The notes below the pieces were generated by a model that made no database searches, was not told the DNA's origin, and was given only the letters and a program-made list of their open reading frames with translations. A stretch of DNA of 64,000 bases, taken from NCBI GenBank assembly GCA_000002435.2, contig CM018791.1. One strand, given 5' to 3'. Below are positions 10,192 through 19,542 of this stretch, piece by piece (within the stretch, counting starts at the first letter, position 1; every line of letters starts with the position of its first letter). Both the position numbers and the translations under genes were made by a program. The stretch is from Giardia intestinalis (taxonomy: Eukaryota).

Positions 10192-11718
10192 TTAATTTAC
10201 AGATTGTACGTCAGACTTTCGACGCACAGTTTTCCCGGTGAGCGTGAATAGCTCAAACACGTACTCTGTGAGCACAGCCTTTTCAACCTCTTCAGGGGTC
10301 TTTTGCTTGAGCTCTGGAAGGGAGAACCAGCAAAGAACGGTGCTAACAAGACCCACGCAAAAATACAAGAAGAACGTGATGTAGAGGATGTCGAGGGTAT
10401 ACGGGAATGAAATCATGACCACTATGGATATGATGCGAAAGATGAGAAACGTGAAGCTCATGAGTCGTATCCGGATCCGCTGGGGAAAGCTCTCTCCGCA
10501 GACGGTGAAAATAAGGGGACCTATCGAGAAGTTGAAAGCAAGAAAATAGAGAAATATAGAGACTAGCAGTAATACAGTAGTAACTGTTTGATTGGTTATG
10601 AGGTAAGAGGTCATCAGGAGAATCAGAGAGAAGAGAATGATAGGCATCCCAATAAAGATCAGGTATCTGCGCCCTTTCTGCTCTACTAAAGGGATTGCGA
10701 TGATACCAGCTAACACGCACCACAAAGCAAGAAGGGCCGCGCCGACAACGTCGCTGTCAGGAAAGCTAAGCTGTTTGAAAATGGACCCAGCGTACAAGAG
10801 AATGGCATTAACGCCCACTCCTTGCTGCATGAGGGGCATGCACACAGAGATAAAAACGCAACGACGGTAGATACGGTTGCAGAATATCTCTTTTAAAGGG
10901 ACTGGAGAATCGCTACTCTGGCTTGATGGATTGGTCGCAGACCTAGCCCCATTCTCCACTACAGTCAGAATAGTAGCGCGGGACACTCCACTGATGTCTG
11001 TACACGACGATGACGCTGGGACAGTCGTCTGACTCATTTCTATGAAAGACGACTGTTGCGGATGCGGATGTGGATGTGGATGCTGTTGCTCGTGATCGGG
11101 CAATGCGCTCAGAGGAAGCTCCTTGATTGGGATGGCAAGTACGAACACAACGATGCAGCTGAGGATGGTGAAGCCAGTAGGAACTTGCCACGTAGATGGC
11201 CAATGCTTGACAATAATGACAAGCAGATAGACGAAAAACGTCCCCAAGGAGTTTCCTAGTTGGAGACAGGACGTAAGGCGACCACGAATTTCGCTAGGAG
11301 ATAGCTCAGATATCCACGCTGGAAAAACGATGAGGAACGAGGTCGACGGAACCCCAACAAGAAATCGCATGATTATGAGATACAAGTAGTTCACGGGGAT
11401 AAGTGTCAGCCCGAGAAGGCCGGCCACTAGCACAGCAAAAAGCATGCAAGCAGCCTTGCGCCCTATTCTGTTGACGATTGGGGCTGTAATGAAGATGCTT
11501 GCGAAAGATCCGATGACGATACTTGATGTAAGAAATGAAAAGATGGTCCGGTTACGCGCATCGGTCCCGTCAGGATCGAAGCCCCCAGTAATCTGCGCGT
11601 ATGCACGTAGGACTGTGAGAGGAACATTGGCCAGTACAGACCCGATGTTGAAGCCACCGGCCAATATGAGGAACACAAGAAGCACTATCTGTGTTCTATT
11701 TCGTGTTTGATGAGACAT
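10192..11718 (-). CDS. Major facilitator superfamily sugar (hexose) transporter
   Basis: It has 12 predicted TM helices, the sugar-porter loop motifs RIGRK and ISELSPSEIRGR (PESPR-like), and a central cytoplasmic loop. Confidence 0.8.
   Translation of the reverse strand: MSHQTRNRTQIVLLVFLILAGGFNIGSVLANVPLTVLRAYAQITGGFDPDGTDARNRTIFSFLTSSIVIGSFASIFITAPIVNRIGRKAACMLFAVLVAGLLGLTLIPVNYLYLIIMRFLVGVPSTSFLIVFPAWISELSPSEIRGRLTSCLQLGNSLGTFFVYLLVIIVKHWPSTWQVPTGFTILSCIVVFVLAIPIKELPLSALPDHEQQHPHPHPHPQQSSFIEMSQTTVPASSSCTDISGVSRATILTVVENGARSATNPSSQSSDSPVPLKEIFCNRIYRRCVFISVCMPLMQQGVGVNAILLYAGSIFKQLSFPDSDVVGAALLALWCVLAGIIAIPLVEQKGRRYLIFIGMPIILFSLILLMTSYLITNQTVTTVLLLVSIFLYFLAFNFSIGPLIFTVCGESFPQRIRIRLMSFTFLIFRIISIVVMISFPYTLDILYITFFLYFCVGLVSTVLCWFSLPELKQKTPEEVEKAVLTEYVFELFTLTGKTVRRKSDVQSVN
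11058..11082 (-). repeat. (GYGGAT)4 microsatellite encoding an HPHPHPHP loop in the MFS transporter
   Basis: Direct hexanucleotide repeat gcggatgcggatgtggatgtggatg. On the minus strand it translates as His-Pro repeats. Confidence 0.6.
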
Positions 11719-11952
11719 TTAGCCGGTGGAAGATAGACTACTGACAAGCTTTAGTCCGGAGACACTCTGGTTTGGGCAGCCAATAATTTTTTAGCTGAGG
11801 ACAGCTCTGCCAGACTCTGACCCGGCTGTGGAGCTAATTATACTGGACCTGGTCAGACTGGCTACAGAGGAGGGCGTGCCGTTCCCTGCTTTTTGTTCTT
11901 TTTGAACCGGCTCAGGGGTTTTTATCACATTTTAATCTAAAATTCCAGTGTT

Positions 11953-13428
11953 ATGGGATCGTCCTCTGGCGCTCAGGGAAAGACTAAGGGGTCGTCCATC
12001 CAGGCGTACAGGAGTATCAAGATTAAGGGTGTCGTGTACAATGTCTGGCTGCGCTTTAAAACGGGGGATTTCTCTGTCCATCTTGAGAATGATGAAACTG
12101 GAGAACACTGGTTCAACGCGTTCACGCCTGAATATATAGATGAAATGACACGCAAAACGGGAAACCAACGGCGCTATGACGTATTCACAAGTATGCTGAC
12201 CTCGGCTTTGGAGAAGACAAGCTCTCGTCGGCCGAACAGTCAAACTCCTTTGGACTTAAGTCTCGATTTGCTCTTTGTGGAGGATCTCGAGCGCATGAGG
12301 GATGCGAATGGTGGGGCACACAGCGACTCTGTTGATGCAACGATCCAATCGGCTGCCAACAAGTCGCGTTGCTTCCTCATCGTGGCATACGCAGTAGAGT
12401 TTGAGCGCACCTTCTACCCTCTTCCGCTCAACAAGTCCGGACCACCGAGCACAAACCTCGAGGAATGGCTCTTATTTGCATATCGGCATACGAAGGAGCA
12501 AGCAAGACGGATGATGGAGGAAAGCAGTCTGAACGAAGGGATAGTCAGCATGAGTGGGACAGATACCCAGAAGCTTCGGACAGAGCTTAAAAAGCAGAAG
12601 GAGATAATATTTTCTCTGGAAAAGGAGCGGAACAAGGCTTTGGAAGTTTCAAAGAAACTACTAACGGAAAACAACATACTAAAGGAGCAGCTAACTCACA
12701 TCAAGGATTCTATCGTGTCCAGAACCGCCAGCAATGGAAGATCGCTAAGCCGTGACCTATCAGGTAGAACGTTGAAATCTGAATCTGCCAACACGAGGTC
12801 AACTAGACCCTATGCGGAACAGTCACACAAGAGTAGGAGCCAACGATACTACAGAGAGGGAGAGACAAGTAGACCTCCCTCGCAAACTCATTCTCGTGCA
12901 TCGAGTCGGTCTGCGAGCAATACTGCCAAAAGATCAACATCTCGTCACGTCTCAGAACAGCCTTCCCCTGCTGTGGCATCTGGGTACCTCAACCTCTCCC
13001 ATGCACGGTCACGCAGTGCATCGATTGGCAACTCGCAAACATTACGTGGATCCTATACCAGCTCGATGAGCGCTTCGCTAAACCCATTCAAGCGTACCAC
13101 ATCCACAATCTATTCTAATAGTGCGTCAGAGTTTGATGAAGGCCTCTCACAGCAGCTTGTTGAGAAGGCTAGAAGGTCTAGCAGCCGGAGCTCTGAAGGC
13201 CGCCGAAGAAAGCGGTCGTCTTCGTCACACAGGAACAGAGATTCTGTGGTTCTAGACGATTACAATGATAGAGGAAGCGGGCATCACGGATCTAGCTCCA
13301 GCAGGACTCGAACACAGAGAAGCGCTCAATATGAGGAGCCTCAAGACGATAGACACAGATCCGGAAGTGGTAGGAGGAAACACAGGAAAGAGCACTCTGG
13401 TGCATCTAGATCTGAAAAATATTATTAG
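11953..13428 (+). CDS. CCDC61: CCDC61 / VFL3 homologue (basal-body/centriole protein) with Ser/Arg-rich C-terminal tail
   Basis: The N-terminal head aligns with recalled metazoan CCDC61: W..F....I.EMTRKTGN, LDL(S)LDLL..EDLE.MR, and LIVAYAVEFERTFYPLPL versus LILIYSVEFDRIHYPLPL. A central coiled coil is followed by an RS-rich tail. Confidence 0.7.
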   Translation: MGSSSGAQGKTKGSSIQAYRSIKIKGVVYNVWLRFKTGDFSVHLENDETGEHWFNAFTPEYIDEMTRKTGNQRRYDVFTSMLTSALEKTSSRRPNSQTPLDLSLDLLFVEDLERMRDANGGAHSDSVDATIQSAANKSRCFLIVAYAVEFERTFYPLPLNKSGPPSTNLEEWLLFAYRHTKEQARRMMEESSLNEGIVSMSGTDTQKLRTELKKQKEIIFSLEKERNKALEVSKKLLTENNILKEQLTHIKDSIVSRTASNGRSLSRDLSGRTLKSESANTRSTRPYAEQSHKSRSQRYYREGETSRPPSQTHSRASSRSASNTAKRSTSRHVSEQPSPAVASGYLNLSHARSRSASIGNSQTLRGSYTSSMSASLNPFKRTTSTIYSNSASEFDEGLSQQLVEKARRSSSRSSEGRRRKRSSSSHRNRDSVVLDDYNDRGSGHHGSSSSRTRTQRSAQYEEPQDDRHRSGSGRRKHRKEHSGASRSEKYY

Positions 13429-13448
13429 ACCCTACCTTGTAAATCATC

Positions 13449-16400
13449 TCATCCGTTGGGGGGCGCTAACATGAGTATTTCGGTATTAGCCTTTCTTAGG
13501 TCTGAGATCATGCGATTGAGCTTGTGTACTTCAAGTTCCTTTGCGCGCAGATTGGCCTGCAGTATCTCTACCGTGGTCGTTGCAGCGATGTAGTTCTGAA
13601 CAGAGAGCCCCGATACGATTCTCGAATCTCTGCCCGAAAGGTCTCTAATAGTTTGGAATAATTGGCTAATAACTGTCTCATAAGCATCGCTTATTTCTCG
13701 ATGCTGCTCTACGCCGTTTAGAAAAGTTCCATTGACATCCCTGACGACAACTCGGATCTCTGGATGGCCTAGCATCTGCTCCAACTGTGCACAGGTCAGC
13801 AGATGGCGGTTTTTCATGTCCTCGTAACTCTGTTGCAGCCTCTCTAGGTCGTTAGTAAGCTCTCTGCATGTACTCTCCAAGCGGGTGACGTACAGTCCAG
13901 GGGAGCCGTTATATTCTGGCGGAACATGGATGCCCTCAATGATCTGCTTTAAGCGCGCAAGATCACGGGTAATGTTGGCACCATCAGAGTCACTGCAGTG
14001 ATCCTTGAGAGCCTTGATTTGCTGCTCTGACTTCGAGAGCTCCTGGCGCAGATGTGCATTCTCTAGCACAAGCTTCACATGAGCGTCATCAACTGCTTTA
14101 GATGTTGTGCCACGAGGTGCGAGAGCACCAAGAACGGCACACGGCGAGGTCTGCAACTGTTTGTTAGACTGATCTGTCTTCAGAGGGTGTGCAAGCATGA
14201 CAAGTCTCTCGTTATCTTCCTCGAGCTCTTTGATACGGGCCTGCAAGCCTAGCACTTCGTCATGGAGAGTCAGCTGGAGGCTTTGAAGTTCCTGCTGCTG
14301 ACCTGCAATTATAGCGGCTTGATCAGCACCTCTATTCTGTAATTCTGTACACATTTCTTGCAGTCTGCTGCAGTCGTCAGAAGCTCGCTGCATGCTCTCT
14401 AATGTCTCCCTGAGTCGCAGCTCGGCTACCTCGGCACGAGTCGTTATTGCCTTATTCTCCTCTAGACTCGCTTTGTGCTCCGATTCCAAACATTGAAGAC
14501 GCTTCTCGAGATTCAGCGCATTACACACGAGTGCGTTTTCATCATCTGTCTTAAGTGTACGAAGCTGTGTAATGATGGCTTCTAAATCCTTCTTCTCAGC
14601 GTACATAGCCTGGAATTGCTTATCAGATGAATCTTTGAGCTTTTCAAGTGCAGCCCTAAGAGATGCTGCTTCCTCCTCAAGGAGACGATGCTCTTCCAGG
14701 CTAACTGTTGTCTTGAGATGCTCCTTAAGCGCCTCGCTTGTCTTTCGTTTGAAGTCGCGAAGTTCGTCTGTGAGCTTTGTGTTGGCTCTTGAAAGCCTTT
14801 CATTCTCAGCTCGCATCCTCCAAACCTCTTGAGTAAGGGCCACGTGGGCCTGCTGTATTTCGTTTGCCTTCTGAAGTGTTACCTCTGACTCTCGTTGCTT
14901 TTCCTCTAAGGACAAGATTTTCTGTTGCATAGACACCGTGGAAAGCTGCTCGTCGCTTAGCTGCGTATACGTTGCATGCTGAGAGTAAGCATAGGCATGC
15001 AAAGTATCATACTTCTTCTGCAGTTCGACCGCCTCATTAACTGCCTTCTCCTTTTCTGCCGAGGTGTCAAGAAGCTCCTCGCTCAAAAGCCGAAGACGCT
15101 CCATCAGAGACACGTTTTCTGCTGCAAGATCTTGTGCCAAGTCATCCTTAACGACGGTCTCTCTTTCCAGGAAGTCGTGTTCCGTCTGAGTGGCTGACGA
15201 GACGGTCAGTGGCGGAGCTGGTGCTGTTTGTAATGCTTCAAGAGCGGTTTCCATAGACAGTAGCTCTCTGTTGAGACGTAAGTTTTCCTTTGTAAGTTCC
15301 TTAAGCTCATCGTTAGCCTTGGACAGCTCCTCTTTACATCTAGTGGTCTCCTGCAGGTAATCTAGGGCGTTATTTCGTGTGTCAACTAGTTGGTTCCGTA
15401 TTGCAAAGCAGTGCTCACGTTCCTGTGCAAGCTCTGCCTCTACTTTGGCAAGCGTCGCTTCTGTAGCTACAAGCTTGCTCATCGTAAGGTCGAGATCTCG
15501 AGCCGTAAGGGTTGACTGTATGTCGACGTTGGCAGCTGCTGTACATTGTGCGGCAGATTGCTGGATCTCAGTTTGAATTTCAGTTTGAATTGCCTTTTGG
15601 TCACATGCAGCCGCAACAGCCCTTGGAGTTTTTTCATTATAACCCAGATATGCATCAGTTTGTGTTGCACATTCTATACTAGCATGTGGAGCGGTTGTCT
15701 CTGTTGCAAGATGGGCCCGGGCTGCGGATGCTTCGTAGATAAAGAGCTTTCTCTCCAAGTCATTGACCTTTGCAACCAAAACATCGTTATCCTCTATAAT
15801 TGCCGAAATATTTCCTTGATTGAAAGACCGTTTAAGCTCTATGAGCATGCTTTTCAACTTCTTATTCTTTTCGCGAAGCTCACTATTCTGCTGCTCAAGC
15901 GCCTGCTGGTGGGATGCGTAATATATTTGCTGCAAATAGCTTGGTTGCGAAGAATGTGCTGATTCAACCGGTTCTCCTGTGTTCTGCTTTTTGGCTGGCA
16001 CCTGAAGATCTAAGGGGCATTCCATTAGCATATCTACCGAACCGCCTAGTGTAGTTGTCAAAGACTTGTCTTTGTCTCCATTACTACTGGCGTGGCGTGG
16101 GGGTATAATGAGGCTGTGCTGGCCGCTAACGGTGATGGTCGAAGAGCATGTCTTGCTAGCAGGCTTATGTAGTGCGGAGAGGACTGGGTTTATCGTGGAG
16201 CAATCTATAGACACTGTTTCCCCGCTATGCAATTCGTTTGCTGTGTCGATGGGCGCGGATACGGAAAGGTCTGGTAGTCGGTTAATGGGGATTGATTTCG
16301 AGCAGGGTACAACAACCGGCGAGCTCTGGCTTTCGTGTTGATCCGTTGACACACGGGTGAAGCTTTCCAATGCTGCTGTGACGTCTTCGAACCTCTCTCG

Positions 16401-17348
16401 CAGAGTGGCCATCTCTTGCTTCATGAGTTTATTGTCTCCAGTTATGGCCCAAAGAAGATTCTCAAGGGAGCTTTCGTTCTTTGTGTGGCGAAGTCGTCGC
16501 TTGATGGACGTAGCAGGCGAGGAAGAAGAGACAAAGCTGAGACGTCGGGGGCTGCATGCAGTAAGTGCCTTGGCCCGCCGCTTGCTACCAATTGTACTAC
16601 TCTTTACAAAGTGATACTTATGCTGCCGTCTGTAGAGATTGGTTAGTACACTTGCGTGGGCGGGATAGGGCCCCTTTGTGACAGATGCTATACTGGGTAT
16701 TCCGGCAACGGTGCTATTTAGGGCATGAGAGGAGGTAGACGCTGATCGCCCCTTGCAAGACGGTACCCTAGTCCCCGAAGGACCAGAGATAGATGCCCTC
16801 CTGCTGGAAGCAGAGTTGAGGGAGGTAGAGCGAGAGGAGACACTCTCTTGAATCTCTTCCAACATGGTGTAGGGCCTGTGCCGGAGTACATGCTTAGAGT
16901 CACGCTCTGCTGGCTTCTGCGAAGAAGGACGCTGGTGGCGGTCTGATGATCGAGGCCTTGCTATCTTCTTAGTATGGATAGTGAAAAGCTCCGGGGTGGC
17001 CTGCACACTCGTCAACGACGGCTGAACGGAAAAAGAAGACAGAGGGGGTGTCTGAAGACATGCCCTCAATCTGTCTATCTCTGCATTGGCAATCGCTAGC
17101 TTCTTTTCAAGGTCCACACTATGGACAAGAAGTGCCTGAGAGGCGCCCCGGAGGCACGAATATTTTGACAAAAGCATGGATACTGGAGCAGTGGATAAAT
17201 CCGAGTCGCTGTCCGAAAGAAGGGCCTGCATGTTCTTGATGGGATCCAATGTCATCTTAAAGAGAAACGAGTCTGCCGCGTCTCCAGCGCCCGTACTGCT
17301 GTCTGCAGCGCTAGGAACAGGATCTAACAAGACTCCAGAACCACACAT
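13449..17348 (-). CDS. Large coiled-coil protein (1299 aa) with Ser-rich N-terminal region
   Basis: ATG at 17348. The N-terminal approx 450 aa are S/T-rich low complexity and the rest is a continuous coiled coil. It contains a 12-bp tandem duplication (IQTEIQTEIQ). Confidence 0.75.
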   Translation of the reverse strand: MCGSGVLLDPVPSAADSSTGAGDAADSFLFKMTLDPIKNMQALLSDSDSDLSTAPVSMLLSKYSCLRGASQALLVHSVDLEKKLAIANAEIDRLRACLQTPPLSSFSVQPSLTSVQATPELFTIHTKKIARPRSSDRHQRPSSQKPAERDSKHVLRHRPYTMLEEIQESVSSRSTSLNSASSRRASISGPSGTRVPSCKGRSASTSSHALNSTVAGIPSIASVTKGPYPAHASVLTNLYRRQHKYHFVKSSTIGSKRRAKALTACSPRRLSFVSSSSPATSIKRRLRHTKNESSLENLLWAITGDNKLMKQEMATLRERFEDVTAALESFTRVSTDQHESQSSPVVVPCSKSIPINRLPDLSVSAPIDTANELHSGETVSIDCSTINPVLSALHKPASKTCSSTITVSGQHSLIIPPRHASSNGDKDKSLTTTLGGSVDMLMECPLDLQVPAKKQNTGEPVESAHSSQPSYLQQIYYASHQQALEQQNSELREKNKKLKSMLIELKRSFNQGNISAIIEDNDVLVAKVNDLERKLFIYEASAARAHLATETTAPHASIECATQTDAYLGYNEKTPRAVAAACDQKAIQTEIQTEIQQSAAQCTAAANVDIQSTLTARDLDLTMSKLVATEATLAKVEAELAQEREHCFAIRNQLVDTRNNALDYLQETTRCKEELSKANDELKELTKENLRLNRELLSMETALEALQTAPAPPLTVSSATQTEHDFLERETVVKDDLAQDLAAENVSLMERLRLLSEELLDTSAEKEKAVNEAVELQKKYDTLHAYAYSQHATYTQLSDEQLSTVSMQQKILSLEEKQRESEVTLQKANEIQQAHVALTQEVWRMRAENERLSRANTKLTDELRDFKRKTSEALKEHLKTTVSLEEHRLLEEEAASLRAALEKLKDSSDKQFQAMYAEKKDLEAIITQLRTLKTDDENALVCNALNLEKRLQCLESEHKASLEENKAITTRAEVAELRLRETLESMQRASDDCSRLQEMCTELQNRGADQAAIIAGQQQELQSLQLTLHDEVLGLQARIKELEEDNERLVMLAHPLKTDQSNKQLQTSPCAVLGALAPRGTTSKAVDDAHVKLVLENAHLRQELSKSEQQIKALKDHCSDSDGANITRDLARLKQIIEGIHVPPEYNGSPGLYVTRLESTCRELTNDLERLQQSYEDMKNRHLLTCAQLEQMLGHPEIRVVVRDVNGTFLNGVEQHREISDAYETVISQLFQTIRDLSGRDSRIVSGLSVQNYIAATTTVEILQANLRAKELEVHKLNRMISDLRKANTEILMLAPPNG
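15568..15591. repeat. 12-bp perfect tandem duplication (tcagtttgaatt x2) inside the coiled-coil CDS
   Basis: Direct inspection of the sequence. Confidence 0.6.
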
Positions 17349-17437
17349 CCAAGCGGAAGGCCGTATATGTAGAAGTTAGTGCAAGATGTTAGTACAAGAT
17401 TTTACTTAAAAAGCTAAGGTTTATTTCGTTGGCCTTA

Positions 17438-17782
17438 ATGGAGTATGACAACACAGATTTCCTTATTGCGTTCATGGATACACACTCGAAGGACGCTGTA
17501 CGGCGACTACCAATTTCGCGTGTTCGCGCAATTTGCCGAACTGTCCCAACCATCACTCTCCTTTCTGCTGAGGCGCCCCTGCTGATCTCCAGACTTGCTG
17601 AGCTTTTTATTGCCGACGTTACAAATCAAAGCTACCAGATGGCTATTCGAAGTAACGCGACAACGGTCACAGAGGATGACGTCGCTCATGTTTTTAACGT
17701 CACCCCAGAGTACGACTTCCTAGCCATTCTTAGAGCGCTCCGGAAGAATACCAACGACTCTGCCTCTGAGAAAGAAGAGTGA
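17438..17782 (+). CDS. Histone-fold protein of the NF-YC / NC2alpha(DRAP1) / Pol-epsilon Dpb4 class
   Basis: LPISRVRAICRT...LLSAEAPLLISRLAELFIADVT....EYDFL matches the H2A-like CBF/NF-Y histone-fold pattern (FP.ARIKKIM...AP.+IS+A.ELF+..DFL). The track start at 17429 is a TTG, and the ATG is at 17438. Confidence 0.65.
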   Translation: MEYDNTDFLIAFMDTHSKDAVRRLPISRVRAICRTVPTITLLSAEAPLLISRLAELFIADVTNQSYQMAIRSNATTVTEDDVAHVFNVTPEYDFLAILRALRKNTNDSASEKEE

Positions 17783-17865
17783 ACTCCCCTGTGTGGCTCG
17801 ATGCTCCTTGTTTACTGACTGCACAGGATGCCAAGGCCCCGAAAGGACGAGGCGGTCCTGTTACA

Positions 17866-19542
17866 TCATTTAGTGGGCTTCCTTACAGAGGTCTTTTGCT
17901 CCCCGTCTTTCTTGATCGGCGCCAGCGCCTGGGGCTTAACGCGAGAGCCAGAAAGTGGGGCCAGGGCACCAGCCGAGCCAGGAGCCTTTGCGCTTCCAAG
18001 GCGCTCCTGTGGCTTACTGCGCAGTCCCTTGTCTCCGGAAAGAGAAGACGTCGAGCTTGTCTGACTGTTTGCGGGGATGGTCATTTTGGTGAGGTTCTTT
18101 GCACTAGCACCTGTTCCAGTCTGGCCGTTCGGGAGCTCCGGCTTAGCCAAGCCAGCAGCAGCCTTGGGCTTATCTGGCATCGAATGCGTTGGTCGTCCCA
18201 CCGGCTGTTTTTCAGGAGCAGGGCGGATCGTGTTCTTTAAGGATGGTTTCGTGGCTTGCTTTGCCGATTGTGTAGTGGCAAGAGGAGCAGCTGGCTCTGG
18301 TGCCTCGGTTGGGTCAGGTATGTTGGCCATCCAAATGCCATATCCGGCGCCGCCATATGCAACGTAGCGCGTGTCAGGAGACATCGCGGTGGCAAACCCG
18401 CTCTTTGGAAGGCGCACACCCCCTAAGACTTCACCTGTTTTATAATCCAGCACCTTTGCCTCGTTCGCCCCACTGCCACATGCAGATACCAGAGGGATAG
18501 CAGGGTTTTTGGACACACTAACAGAGTAGATAAGGGTGGTCTCTAAGGTGTTGGCTACTAGTTTGGACTTCCACGGCGCTTCAGTGCCGCTAGTGTCTAA
18601 CATAAGCTCCATGCCAATCTTTGCAGCTTTTCGCTCTAGCTCCCTATCTGCATCACTGTCGCTGCCCGATTGCTCATCTTCTAGTGCAGCAACTTGATCT
18701 GTATATGCTGCAATGCGCTCTGCCCGGAGCTTGTTCTTTGCTTCCTCTTTGCAGTCGTCCAGGTAAGCGTCGATTGCAACCTGGTACTCCTCTACACTAG
18801 CAGCAGGAGGAACGTGCTTTGACCAGTCATAGATTGCAAGGGTATCACGAGTGCGCAGATCGTAGACATGAATTTGATCTGTCCCCTTCCATGACCCCAC
18901 AACTAAGTAGCTCCCCACGGTGTCCAGAGACTCCCCGCACACATTGGGGCCATAGTAGGACCAAACAGAGTGGCCAACGCGGATGTCCCAGATCTGAATA
19001 GTGTTGTCCCAGCCACCAGATGCGATTATATTGGCATCGTCTGCTCTATAACGGGCTGAAAATATCCGGTTCGCATGACCAGAAGTCGTCTCCTCATTTC
19101 CATGTCGCAAGGAGCACAAGAGCTGGTTGGTACTCTCGTCGTAACAGCGGATCACCATGTCCTTGCCGGCCGTCAGAAAGGACGTTCCATCAGGACTAAA
19201 TGTACAGGTGTATAGCTCATTGTTGTCCTCGGTGAACGTATGTAACATTGACCCTCGGGAGACGTGCCAATGACACACTTGACCAACTGACGACACGCTC
19301 AACAGAAGAGGAACGGAGCCTGCGCTAGTGACGTTGCAGAACGAGAGAGATGGAATGGGGTGCTGGCTGCTGTGCTGCAGCTTGTGAAGTCTCCGCCCGG
19401 AGGCCGGGTTGTAGAGACGAGCAGTCCCATCGCCGTACCCAGCTGCGAGAACAGCGCCGTCAGCAGAGAACTCTAGCTTGTAAATATCCAGGGGGTCGTC
19501 ACGGATCTCCGGCCGGAGCTTGAAAGGAGGACAGGCTTTCAT
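17866..19542 (-). CDS. WD40-repeat protein with low-complexity Pro/Ala/Lys-rich C-terminus
   Basis: It has multiple WD repeats (GGWDNTIQIWDI, VCHWHV, etc.) and the ATG is at 19542. Confidence 0.8.
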   Translation of the reverse strand: MKACPPFKLRPEIRDDPLDIYKLEFSADGAVLAAGYGDGTARLYNPASGRRLHKLQHSSQHPIPSLSFCNVTSAGSVPLLLSVSSVGQVCHWHVSRGSMLHTFTEDNNELYTCTFSPDGTSFLTAGKDMVIRCYDESTNQLLCSLRHGNEETTSGHANRIFSARYRADDANIIASGGWDNTIQIWDIRVGHSVWSYYGPNVCGESLDTVGSYLVVGSWKGTDQIHVYDLRTRDTLAIYDWSKHVPPAASVEEYQVAIDAYLDDCKEEAKNKLRAERIAAYTDQVAALEDEQSGSDSDADRELERKAAKIGMELMLDTSGTEAPWKSKLVANTLETTLIYSVSVSKNPAIPLVSACGSGANEAKVLDYKTGEVLGGVRLPKSGFATAMSPDTRYVAYGGAGYGIWMANIPDPTEAPEPAAPLATTQSAKQATKPSLKNTIRPAPEKQPVGRPTHSMPDKPKAAAGLAKPELPNGQTGTGASAKNLTKMTIPANSQTSSTSSLSGDKGLRSKPQERLGSAKAPGSAGALAPLSGSRVKPQALAPIKKDGEQKTSVRKPTK

